Source: Chiloscyllium plagiosum (Eukaryota). From it: a stretch of 64,000 nt of DNA. The stretch lies in the NCBI RefSeq assembly GCF_004010195.1, contig NC_057754.1, positions 13,236,224-13,300,223 on the forward strand, given 5' to 3'. Position numbers and translations under genes: made by a program. Position 1 is the first letter of the stretch, and each line of letters begins with the position of its first letter. Below, one piece after another: positions 49,879 to 62,039 of the stretch. The notes below the pieces were generated by a model. That model saw only the letters and a program-made list of their open reading frames with translations. It was not told the DNA's origin and did no database searches.

Positions 49879-52800
49879 CGTTCATCAGGCATCCCTGAGA
49901 AAGTGACAAGCAGATTTGATAAAGGGCACTGGTCAACATGAGGCTTTCCAGAAAGTTTTCACAAGGTATCACAAAATAAACGTTCTGACACAAGACAGAG
50001 GCTTGTAGTATGATGAATAATATATTTGCATGGCATAATGGTTGCTTAACACATAGAAATCGGAGAGTCAGGATTAATGGATCTTTATGATAAAGACGTA
50101 TCTACTGGATTACCACAAATATCAGGCCGATGGCATCAGTTATGTACAATCTATACTGATAGCCTGACGGCGGGAGCTGGGTGCAATATACATCGGAGTT
50201 TGTGGATGACTTTGAGAACCAAAATGCAGGTTGCTATTTAATGAAGAGGACTCCCAAAAAAGGAGTAGTACAAAGGGATTGTAGTGTTTCTGAGTATGAA
50301 ACGTAACGTCAGCATGCTGATGCAGCAAGTAACGAGATTGGTTCATGAGGCGGCTTCCTGGGATGGAAGAGTTGAATTATTGAATACATTTAAAATGATA
50401 AGGAGATTATTCATTGTGGTTGAAATGAGGGTGATATTACGGAATGTACAAGATACAGAGGGGCCTTGACAAGGTAGATGTTTCCCCTGAGTTTCGAACT
50501 CGAGGTGGTAGTTACAGAAAAAGAAACATCGACTTCAGTCTGAGGTGAAAAATGATGCATTCTCTCAGAAGGTAGTGAATGTCTGCAATTCCCTAACCCA
50601 GAGAGTTTTGGAGGGATGCAAGAAATTGGGTAGGAAAGTAGAGTTGAGCCCGGAAATGAATCAGCCATGTTCTTATTGAATGAGAGTTCAGTCTTGAGGG
50701 GCCGAATAGCCGTCTCATGTTCCTACTTCTTAGTTTTTCATGTCATGCTTTTGGAAAGTAATTGATTATTTTCCTGCAAGTCGTGTTGTACAATGTTGCA
50801 TTCGTTAGAGGAGAAAATTTGCCTGAGTTAACCCTGGATGGGATATGGGAGCTGCATTCAAAGCAATTCCAGAGCAGAAGTTACAGAGTGGGGAAGCATG
50901 GAAAAAGGGATAGCGGCTGGGGGTCACTTCCTGACCGAGCCTGGAATTTTCAAGTGCATTTCCGAAACTACAACTAACCATCGGCGTGGCTTCCATCTGC
51001 CTGTTTGTAGCAGGTCAGAAGGGCTGAATGGAACATCAGAACATAGGACTGAGGGACACGAGTGGGCTAAACGGCCCTTTAACACTACCCCACCAGTAAA
51101 TAAGGTCATGGCTCATCTCATTGTGGTCCCAACTGCACTTTTCTCTCCATGCCGCATTATCCCTGATTCACCTGTCTATGGAAAATCAGACAAAGCCAGC
51201 CTCGATATAATATAAAGATTCAACCATCCCAAACTTCTGGGAAAGGGAATTCCCACTTGAGTGAAATCCGACTTTGTGAATTTTTCCTCACTCCGGTTCT
51301 GACTGAGGTTGGAGAGTGTCACTGTTTCCTTTTCTCGTCTCACTCCTCCACTGCTCACAACAAATTTTAAATGTAACGGGGTTGGTGATATGACCGATGA
51401 TAAAGGTCTCAGACAGGGTCAGTTTCAGTGATAGGAACAAGTCAGACAGATTTATTTCGTCAGCCGCAGGTAACTAATAGGGCTAATGGAGCAGCCTGTT
51501 AGATTTGTGGTTAGCACTGCTGCCTCATATCAGCAAGGAGCTGAGCTCAATTCCAGCCTCGTCCGACATTCTATGTGGAGTTTGAACATTCTTCCCGTGT
51601 CTGTGTGGGTTTCTTCCCAGTTCTCCAGTTTCCTCCCACAGTTCAAAGATGTGCAGCTTAGTATTATTGGCCATGCTAAATTACCCAGAGTATCAGGGAT
51701 GTGAAGGTTAAGTGGGTTAGTCATGGGAAATGCAGGGTTACATGGATAGGGCAGGGGGACTGGTCTGGTAGGAAACTGTTCAGTGGGTTGGTATGGACTC
51801 GATGGGTCGAATGTCCTGCTTGCACACTGCAGGGGTTCAATGACAACAGCATCAAGTTTGGGCTGTACAAACTTCCAGTCAGTATGTACCTGGTTCACTC
51901 GCCTCAAGGCTTTGCATATTTCAATACAATCAGCTCTCACTCCAAGGGTAACCTGTTAAAGTCCACATAATATCAGCCCTTCATGCATGGAATAAATGAA
52001 GTGAAACATCTCTGAACTGCTTCCAGTGTTACTATACACTTTCTCAGATAAGGATGCAAAACTAAAAGTAATCTCACACACCGTTGAGTCGATTTATTTT
52101 TGTTTGCTCAGGGTGCAGTGAGTCTTTGGAACACTCTTCCCTGCAGACCATTCGAGACAGAGATATTGAATATTTTTGAAGCAAGGTTCACGAATCACAA
52201 AGGAGTCAAGGATTATCGAGGAGTGGGCAGCAATGTGCAGTGTTCGGGAAAATGTAGACAGTGGTACTGAATGACACGGCTCCAGAATATCCAGGAATTA
52301 AACGAAATGATAACATCGATAAAGTTTTAACTGGGAACAAGATGGAAGCGATCTGAAAGGTCAGCTTTGCTGATCTCTGCATCACAATAATGCTGTACCC
52401 CACCCCACCACAGTCATTTACTCACAACTGAACACTAAAAGAGCTATAGAATCCTTACTAATGCCATTTTGTCAAGTGGAAATGACAAAACATGGGAAAG
52501 TTTCGAGTAAGTCCCAACACGCAGCGAACCCTTCAGAATCTTTCAGCATGTCGTGGCCGCACTGGTAACACCCTCTGCTCGTTCAACGGACCGAGTTACT
52601 CACCAGGATTTGGTCACCGAGTTCACCAAGTTACGGGAAATAATTGAAACCATGATTGAAGAAACATCCAACAGTAGGATAGAACCACTCTCAGCACTGC
52701 TCCAAAAACATGAACAGCAACTTGAAAGGCTTGGAAGGGCGAGGTCGAGCACCAAACTGCAGGGGCAGAGTCTGTGATCGATTCCTCTAAGGAACGGACC

Positions 52801-54355
52801 CACGCCCTTGAAAAACATATTCGTACCTTAACTGAACAAGGTGGCGAACTCGAGAACAGGCGCAGAATGAAGAATGTTCATTTCATCGGTCTGTTGGAGA
52901 CATAAGCTGTTCAGCCAGTGAGTTTTTTTTCGAGAACTGACTGCCGCAATTCCTTTACTTCGAAGCTGAAGAGGGACGGGTGAACAGTGAGGCAGCTCAT
53001 CGCGTTGAAGCGTGGTGGTCAGACTCGACCAACGCCTTCGCCCTGTCCTTGTACGATTACATACTTGCAGGGACAAACAAATACTTATGGAAGCTGCCAG
53101 AATACAGGGAAAAGATCCGACGAGGGCTCAGGATTATGTTCATCCAGGTCGTTTCAGCGGCAGTGATTCAGAAAAGAAAATCTTTTGATGATATCAAGAG
53201 AAGACTAAGGGAACTTGAGATTCTGTACTCGTTATTGAATTCAGCAGTGCTCCGTATGTTATCAATAGATCCAAGCACTCAATAGATCCACTGACTCTCC
53301 AGAGGAAGCGAAAACTTTGTGGACACTTTAAAGTAGGCTGGATGCTTTAATGGATATCGATAATCATGTTTCTCTCTTTTTAAAGAAAGTTTGTTGAATG
53401 TTTCTGGTATTAAGCAGTGTGAATTTATAATCGGGGATGGGTAGAGTACACACTTTTAACTTATTCATTAGTATTACTACTCGTTTTTGTCTTGCTCAGT
53501 TTGTGTGTTGGGTTTGGCTCAAGATGGAGGGAGTTATGAAGGTGATCGTGATGACTAAAAGCCTACCTAAGGGCAGTTCAATCCCGATATATGTGATCAG
53601 TTGCCCTGGATGCAGTATTGATAATAGGGCAGAAGACAAAGATTTGTGACGTGCAAATGCCCCCAGTGGGCGGGGGGTAAATGCCCTTCCTGAGTGCCAT
53701 TGGTACTTTGTATCTGTTTTTTTGTTTTTGTATGTATTTAGTTTTGGAACGTTTTGAGAGCTTGTCAGTTGTAGTAGCTTTACTTTGTATGTATTCTTAG
53801 GCTCTATGAGTCTTTTTTCATTGATACTCAGAGATTTATATTTCGAGTTCTTCCTCTCTGGAGTCCATATATTGTTTCAGTGTGTTATGGCTAATGTCGT
53901 GCTTAAATGGTGCATCTGGAGCATTAAGGGACCCAGTTCAGAGATAAAAGGTACTTTCTAGTCTTAGAAAGGAGAGGGTGAATATTGCCGTATTGCAGGA
54001 GATGCACCTTGATGACAAGGAGCATTTGACATAACAGCAGGTCGGGGTTGATCAGGTTTATTTCTCGTCTTTTAATACTTGGAGTAGGGGATAAGCCATA
54101 CTGGTGAGGAAGACTTTTCCATTTAAGTTACTAGATTGCATTTGACCCCCACGGGAGGATCATAATCCTCAAAGATATATGGGGAAGAAAACGGTACTTT
54201 GAAAGTTTATTTCCCCCGGTGCACAGTTCTAAATTCATGGTAGTTGCATTTTCCAAATTAAGTAATCTTTCTTCGCAGCACATTATGGTCGGAGGAGATA
54301 TCAATGATCATTTGCGCCCACGTTGGCCAGAATGCCCAGAGGCCACCAGTACCAT

Positions 54356-56039
54356 AGAACATAGAACATTACAGCGCAGTACAGGCCCTTCGGCCTCGAT
54401 GTTGCGCCGCCCTGTCATACTAATCTGAAGCCCATCCCACCTACACTATTCCATGTCCGTCCATNNNNNNNNNNNNNNNNNNNNNNNNNNNNNNNNNNNN
54501 NNNNNNNNNNNNNNNNNNNNNNNNNNNNNNNNNNNNNNNNNNNNNNNNNNNNNNNNNNNNNNNNNNNNNNNNNNNNNNNNNNNNNNNNNNNNNNNNNNNN
54601 NNNNNNNNNNNNNNNNNNNNNNNNNNNNNNNNNNNNNNNNNNNNNNNNNNNNNNNNNNNNNNNNNNNNNNNNNNNNNNNNNNNNNNNNNNNNNNNNNNNN
54701 NNNNNNNNNNNNNNNNNNNNNNNNNNNNNNNNNNNNNNNNNNNNNNNNNNNNNNNNNNNNNNNNNNNNNNNNNNNNNNNNNNNNNNNNNNNNNNNNNNNN
54801 NNNNNNNNNNNNNNNNNNNNNNNNNNNNNNNNNNNNNNNNNNNNNNNNNNNNNNNNNNNNNNNNNNNNNNNNNNNNNNNNNNNNNNNNNNNNNNNNNNNN
54901 NNNNNNNNNNNNNNNNNNNNNNNNNNNNNNNNNNNNNNNNNNNNNNNNNNNNNNNNNNNNNNNNNNNNNNNNNNNNNNNNNNNNNNNNNNNNNNNNNNNN
55001 NNNNNNNNNNNNNNNNNNNNNNNNNNNNNNNNNNNNNNNNNNNNNNNNNNNNNNNNNNNNNNNNNNNNNNNNNNNNNNNNNNNNNNNNNNNNNNNNNNNN
55101 NNNNNNNNNNNNNNNNNNNNNNNNNNNNNNNNNNNNNNNNNNNNNNNNNNNNNNNNNNNNNNNNNNNNNNNNNNNNNNNNNNNNNNNNNNNNNNNNNNNN
55201 NNNNNNNNNNNNNNNNNNNNNNNNNNNNNNNNNNNNNNNNNNNNNNNNNNNNNNNNNNNNNNNNNNNNNNNNNNNNNNNNNNNNNACTTCAATCCAAGTT
55301 CTCGCTTGCCAGTGTCAGATACTTGATTTTAGAACTCCCTACTCTCATCCTCTTCCGTACATTTTCTACAATTTTGGTTCCCATCCCCCTGCTCTATTAC
55401 TTCAAACACATTTTAATAGCTTTCGTGAATTTCCCACCCAGGATAATGGTACGCCTCTGGTTTAGATGAAGACCATCCTGCTTGTAGAGGTCCCACCTAT
55501 CCCAGAATAAACTCCAATTATCCAAAAACCCGAAACCCTCCCTCCTGCACCATCCCTGTAGCCACGTGTTCATCTCTTTTCTCTCCATATTCCTCACCTC
55601 ACTAGCACGTGGCACGGGCAGCAAACCAGATAAAATAAGTCTGTTTGTCCTAGCTCGAACCTTCCATCCTAGCTCCCTGAATTTCTGCCTCAAGTTCCCA
55701 TCTCTCTTCCGACCTATGTGGTTGGTGCCAATGTGGACCACGACTTGGGGTGACTCTCAACCACGCAAATATAAACTGTTCTACTTACCCTTCCCAGAAG
55801 TCCTTTGCTCGCTCCTTCCTCGCTGGCCTGAAGGTAAGAAGTTTAAATCTACTTACCGGCCTTCCTGACAATCACCTCGTACAAACGTCACGTCCTCCAG
55901 GCTCCCGCCTCTCGCTGCTCCGAAATGGACAGTTGGCCTGAAGATAAGAAGGTTAAATATACTTACTGGCCTTCTTGACAATTACCTCGCACCAATGTCA
56001 CATCGTCCCGGCTCCCGCCTCTCGCTGCTCCGAAGTGAG
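54356..56039 (-). mobile_element. CR1/HER1 LINE retaining 5' UTR, SGNH-esterase part of ORF1 and tail; middle lies in a gap
   Basis: ORF 55397-55741 VHIGTNHIG...LSGLLPVPR...WCRREGFGF...DGLHLN; (CATAGAA) tail at the left end; CAT on both flanks; empty site at ~48093-48097. Confidence 0.92.
54465..55285. other. Assembly gap, 821 N
   Basis: N run. Confidence 1.
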
Positions 56040-57719
56040 CATCTTTACAATCTAGGCAATTAGTGGATTTTTGTGTGGAACTGGGGCTGGTGGATGTTTG
56101 ACGGCAGATCCACCTCACACATAGAGATTTTCCTTTCTTCTTTAACCTGCAGAAATGCCACATTGTTGGTCTCTTCCACACCTTGCAGCAATCTTTGATT
56201 CGATGGCGTTCTGTAAAATTGGGAATATTACCATTTCTGACCATGCAGCAGTATACTTATTGGTTAAGATTAAGGGCAATATTGCAGGTTCGAGACACTG
56301 GCGAATTGATCCCTTTATTCTTAAGGAGAGTAAGTTCATTGAGTATTTTTGTAATTAATTCGGAGCTTTCTTAGCCATTAATTCAGATTCAACCAGTAAC
56401 CCATCCATTCTATGGGAAATTGCTAAGGCATACGCCAAAGGAATAATTATTCCTTCGGATGCTGGAAGCTGGAACAGGAACGCTTGCTCCAGGCACTGTT
56501 GAAGGCAGCGAAGAGGGCATACTGTGATAAACCCTCGGTGGCTAGACTGCAGACGATTCAGTCTGCAGTGAATTCTATGCTCACACAGACATCCAAAGAG
56601 GAACTTACTTACAAAGGCTGTTTGAGCATGGTGATAAGCCAGGCAAGTATTTAGCCTATCTAGCGAGGACAAAGAGCATCCCAAAACCATTAATTCAATT
56701 AGCGAAGGTACTGGAACCTTTACCTGTGATCCCATAAAGATGAAAGCAGCACTTCGGAAATTTTAGCCCGAACTATATCAGACTGAGCATTATGAGGATA
56801 GGTAGATTAAGATGGAATCTTTCTTCAAGAACTTGGATTTTCCAGGGATAATCCCCAACACGCATCTTGCTTTAACGCACCATTGTCAGTGCTGGAGGGT
56901 ATAAAGCAGATTCAGCGCGGAAAGGCGCCGAGTCCTGACGGATTTTCAAGTGATTTTTATGAGGAATTTATAAACCTATTATCAGGGTCGATGATTACCA
57001 TGTTAGTCACTCACAGAGTCACGACTACCTCCCACCATCCTTTTCAACAGAGGAACTGTTACTGTGGGACTGTGCAGAGATGAAACCGTTTTCTCAGCCA
57101 GGAAGAGAAACTGAGGAAAGAGAGGTATTTTCAACACTAAATGGGTGCATCATGGGTGTGGGGATTTGACTTGCTCCTGTCATTGGATAGTCAGCAGAGT
57201 TTCTGTGGATGGTGTTCCCGGGTTTGTTTTGTTAGCTGCTTGGTTTATTTAGGGACACCCGACGGTCTGGCGACGGCACTGTGGACACTACATTTACAGA
57301 GTGTCTGGGTCCATGGTAAACAAATAGAGCTGAGACTACACAGAAGTGAAGTTCTGTAAATAGGAGGAAGTAGGCACTGCACTATCCTCCCCGGGATTTC
57401 CAGGCACATTTGTCGACGCTGGTCTCATTCCAAGTATAAAGTGTGAAACCAATTTGTTTCAGATATGAGGTTGTCACCGAGCTGTGTACCCTCCTTCAGT
57501 ATATCCTGTAGCCTCAAACCAGGAACACGACTGTGAACTGGATTAATTGTGGAATTTTACAGCGCAGGGGTGGGTGGCATATGCATTATCTCCGGAGTGC
57601 AGTCCTCTGATGTATCACTCGCTGAGAGAAGCCATCTGCTCCGCTGAGAGGAATATGTTGGCTCTGTCTCCACAGAGGAACTTACAGAAACAAACTAGGG
57701 AACAGAGTGGCTGGTGTAA

Positions 57720-58850
57720 AAGGTGAATAACAGGAAATTAGAATTATAAAAAAAATGTATTTGAAAGTATCATTGAACTGAAGGTTTGTAATTTGATGCA
57801 TCTGATGAGCTACTTCCAAGAGTATTGAGGAAGTACCAACAGAGCTAGTAAAATAATTATTGATTATTTTTCAAAGCTGCTTCGATTCTGGAAATGATCC
57901 TCTGACTGGAAAGCAGCTATAGTGAAACTAAATATTTGAAACAGATCGGAGTGAAAAAAAAACAAACAGAAAACTAGATACCTTGATGTCAGCTGTGAGG
58001 AAAAAATATAATTGTAGCCTGTTATAAGAATGTAGATTAGTGGTGCTAGAAGAGCACAACAGTTCAGGCAGCATCCAAGGAGAAGCAAAATCGACGTTTG
58101 GGGCAAAGGCCCTTCTTCATAAGAATGGGACTACTTAACACTTGGAGAATAATTATTTGATTTGGTAGAGTTGGCCTATATTCAGGAAAGGGAAATAATC
58201 TTTGATAAACGTGCTGGGGTTTGCGGAGATTGTCCGTTGTGACATCACTAATTGAGAACCAATGGGAGTGGAGTATTCGAATTTTCAGCAGTCGCTTGAC
58301 ATGAATGAATACAGGTGTGGAGGGAATGTTAGTGTCCATGGGTAGCTAGGGGTGGAATATATGCCATCTGGCTAAAAATTGGGTAATGGAGATACGAGAA
58401 GAGTAGTGTTTTTCTCTGGACTGAAGTCTTGTTAGTTATCAGATGGATCACTGTTTGGACAATAGCTGTTCACATGGTATAAAATGATTCAGATGCGAAC
58501 AACAAATATCATTATTCTATATTTATATTTCTTGAATAGTGCGACAATGGGTAGTGCTGTTTTTGAAAAGGACCTGGATGTCCTTGGTCAAAAGTCACAA
58601 ACAGAATTCTTACGGGGCAGGAAGTAGATGATACGTGCGTCTTCATGCAAAATCATTGAAGTACCAGAGTTAGTATATCTTTCACAATGGTAGTGTTTTG
58701 TTGAGGGAGCATTTGCTGCTTTGTGTACATATTTGTTCTGCTTTTTAAATCATGATCTCTTTGTCACGGAGACAATGCAAAGGAGGACTAAACCCTGGCA
58801 TGATAGTACCATCAGGAGAGAGTGCAGTAACTCTGTTTTCAATCTGTAGC
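57720..58850 (+). mobile_element. Very decayed CR1/L2 RT fragment containing a Penelope-arm fragment at ~58030-58122
   Basis: LLPRVLR, DWKAAIV and KDLDVL remnants; caggcagcatccaaggagaagcaaaatcgacgtttggggcaaaggcccttcttca. Confidence 0.65.
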
Positions 58851-60097
58851 GCTGTGAGAGAATAGGAAAATGAAACTTGATGGTTATGGGCGGACACGCA
58901 TTATGTCTCAAGCAGCTGAATAATGTGAAAATTCCATACTTTTCATTGGATGTTTGATTCCAGATAGTTTAGATGCATCTGCAGAGCCCCACATGTCGAT
59001 TGACAGAGGTGCAGGCTCTGAATTAACTCTGAACACTTTAATGCACAATTACTGCGTGACACTGCATTGATTGTCATTTGTACGCAATCCTGTCAGCAGC
59101 TAAAATAACCTCATCCTGAAACAGTTAGCCATTCTGACCTCCATGGAGACCATGGTTCTGCTCTATTGGAGATGGAAGACAACTGAGAGAATGGCTGAAA
59201 ATGTCGGCTGTATGCCTACTCAGAAAACCATATTAAATTAATATTTAAGTACTATGAGTAATTAAGCCACTTGGTTCAATTTGAACCAGTCTATCTGTGC
59301 AGTTCCTGCATTATTTGATTGTGATGTTGGAGCATCTTTCAGCTCTTACTGTTCCTGTGTTAGTGGCTTGTGAAACTGAGTGACCTCTTCCTGTTCCTTT
59401 GTAAGTGATTCCAAGTGTGAAATGCTCTCGTTCTGATCACGTGTAAGTGACGTATGGGAGTGAGCAGACTACTTATCTTCCTGTGTAACGGCAGGAGGGA
59501 TTGAATGAACTATCATATGTCTTGCCAAGTAGTTTAGTTTGGCTGAAAGACTTCCCCATATTTCTGTGAACCCAGAATAAGGTGCTGAATGAGCTCCTCC
59601 TTTTATTGTGGAAATGTACAGTGCTGTTTTATGAATGTTACCCAGACTTTAACAGCACGATATATAATGTTGTCCAGGTTTTTTTTTTAGATATGAACAC
59701 AGATTGCTTCTGGAGCTGCAGGGGGACAATTTGTTCTGAACATTATTCAAACTTCAAAGATATCCCCACTTCTGCGCAGTTTGGACTCAATGGGCTGAAT
59801 GGCCTCATTCCACACTGCAGGGATTGTTTGATGATAAATTGGAGATACCTGTTCTAAAGGAGCTACCATGAGGATCCCCTGCAGTGATGTCCCACACCAG
59901 GGATGATTGATGCCCTCTGATAATAAACATCTTCCCTTGTGCTGTGAATGACTCCAGTAGTGGAGCGATCACAATCAATTATCATTAAGTGCGATTTTGG
60001 TACTGAATTTGTGCATCTTGCATTATTGCTCACTTCCTGGTTTATGGCGCTATATGTTGCATAGGGCGTTTGAGCAGCTTTGACAAGTTATTAAACT

Positions 60098-61235
60098 CAG
60101 AAATTGCTGGAGAAACCTAGCAGGTCTGGCTGCATCTGTGGATACAGAGAAACAGAAATAATGTTTCAAGTCCAGCATGGCCACATTTCCGAACAAAAGT
60201 GGACAAAGGATGAGGGGAAACAGAGCATGTGGAGGTGCAATGCCACAGAGGAGTGGCTTTTGATTGTGGTGTAAGAGAAACTGACGTAAAATAGGTGTAA
60301 ATTAAAGTGTGAATCGGAAAAATGCGTTGTTTGTATTGTGCGTAAGATAAACAAGACAAAGACAAGCTCATTGGGAGACAAGGAAAATAGGGAAACCAGG
60401 AAGCAGAATGCATGAAGAATGGAGAACAGCCATAGTTGCTCCAGGCTGTGAAGTTATGGAATGTAATATTAACTCCTCTCGGTGGAAAAGTACCAAAGTG
60501 TAAAATGAGGTGTTACTCGAGCTGGGGTTGTGCTTCATTGGAACATTGAAGCAGCCCAGGACCGATACGTTAGCATGAGAGCAATGTAGGTTATTGAAAT
60601 GGGAAGCAATGAGTGTGTCATGGTTATTACTACTGACAGAGTGAGAGTGTTCCTCAATCCAGTCTCTGTTTGGTCTCCCCAGTGTAAAGGAGACTGTATT
60701 ATGAGCAGCAATGACAGGAGAATGGAGTTAATGATTACAAGTGAAATCTTGCTTCACATGAGAAGTGTGATTGGGGCCTTGGACATTGAGTAGGGAAGAG
60801 GTGAATGAGGATGTGTTGCAGCTTCTGCAATTGCATGGGAAGGTGCCATGGAGGGAGTGGTGAAGTGGTCGGGGTGAAGGAAGGTGTCACAGAGGAATAG
60901 TCCCTGTGAAATGCTGACAGTGGACGGGAGGGGAAAATGTGGTTAATGGTGGTGTCCTGCTGGAGGTGGTGGAAATGGCGGAGGATGATTCCGTGAATGT
61001 GGAATTTAGTGCAGTAGGAAGTGAGGACAAGGGGAGATCTCTCATTGTTCTGGGAAGGAGGGGGTAGAGTGAGGGCAGAAGTGAGGGAGACGGGACAGTG
61101 ACTGCTGAAGGCCCTGGGCACCGGAGTTTGGGGTTCTGGTTTGAAGGAAAAGGAGGTCACGTCACAGGCAGTTCATTGGAATGTGGCATGATCAACCAGA
61201 AACAACAAAGATGGAGAAACTGGGAGAATGGAGTC
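60098..61235 (-). mobile_element. Penelope-like element, 3' part: linker, GIY-YIG endonuclease remnant and terminal repeat
   Basis: ERSPLVLTSY...IILRHFHHLQQD...HIFPSRPLSAFHRD, then GTFPCNCRSCNT...LLYTGETKQRL across frameshifts. Confidence 0.88.
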
Positions 61236-62039
61236 AGCCTCCGCTGATCATGTGTTCAGCCACATGCACAAGTTCCCACTGAATGATTGAAAATAACCAG
61301 GCATCTAAATTGAGGATTTCTCTCTCAGACCTGCTCTGAAGCGGGATGTGGAAGTAGACCCAGAGGAAGGTCAGTGGATGTACATGGGCACACATTCAAG
61401 CAGATATTCCATAATATTCAGAGATTATTGTTTTTGTTCAAAAAGAAGGACTCGATAAGAAGATGAACCAACCATGGTTGACAAAAGCTGTAAAGGATAC
61501 TATTCAATCACAATGTGATGAGTGTTTGTGTAGGATCGGGTTTAGGATGTTTAATTTAAAGACAAAAAGCAGATGCTGGGCATGCATTTAAGCTGCGCTT
61601 CCTGAATTCTCTCCCCCCCCCCCCAACCCCAAGAAACCACTGCCATTAATGCTCTATCTTCTTCCCTGCTCGTCTCCCCTTTCTGATCCCAGGTTCTCCC
61701 TCTCAAATTACAGAGTACATTCTCTCACATTGTGGACCCTCCGCACTTCACCTGAAACTCTTTGATCAAGTCTTCCTTCGCTGCACTCGCATCAAGCTGT
61801 GTTTTGAGACGCCACTTTGCCTCGGGTGTTAATGTGGCACGGCCTCTCCATTCTTGCTCATTCAGGAAATTTTTCTTCTTGGAATAAATATAATTGAAAT
61901 CACCTCTCCACCTTTGCACTGAATTTACAGTTAATCCAAATTTCCAAAAGTATATTCAGCCTTCATTTCACTCTGCTAAAGGCTGTCCGTCTGGTATAAT
62001 AATTTCGTCTCTCACAAAGATCTATCTAGAGCAACGTTT

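Larger units (their letters stand above)
49890..57040 (+). repeat. Segmental duplication, partial copy 3 (closest to 44491-49092)
   Basis: First ~90 bp differ from 44491 onward by one base; keeps the ~850-bp block with the old SINE that copy 2 lacks at ~45885. Confidence 0.93.
52333..57040 (+). mobile_element. L1/Tx1-type LINE (copy 3), split by a CR1 insertion and truncated at ~57040
   Basis: ORF1/ORF2 remnants collinear with copy 2; KIGNITISDHAAV and GKAPSPDG. Confidence 0.92.

Noticed and set aside
31671..55469. Long ORFs containing X runs
   Set aside because: Artefacts of translating N gaps
55397..55741. Host SGNH lipase or esterase gene
   Set aside because: It is the CR1 ORF1 esterase domain inside an inserted element
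57150..57252. Possible decayed second GPCR exon 1 (WIVSRVSVDGVPG), ~1.8 kb upstream of the 59040 paralogous block
   Set aside because: Only GVP matches; there is no YYP motif, no GTAAGT donor and no flanking similarity to 8700-9100. An alignment would be needed to revive it
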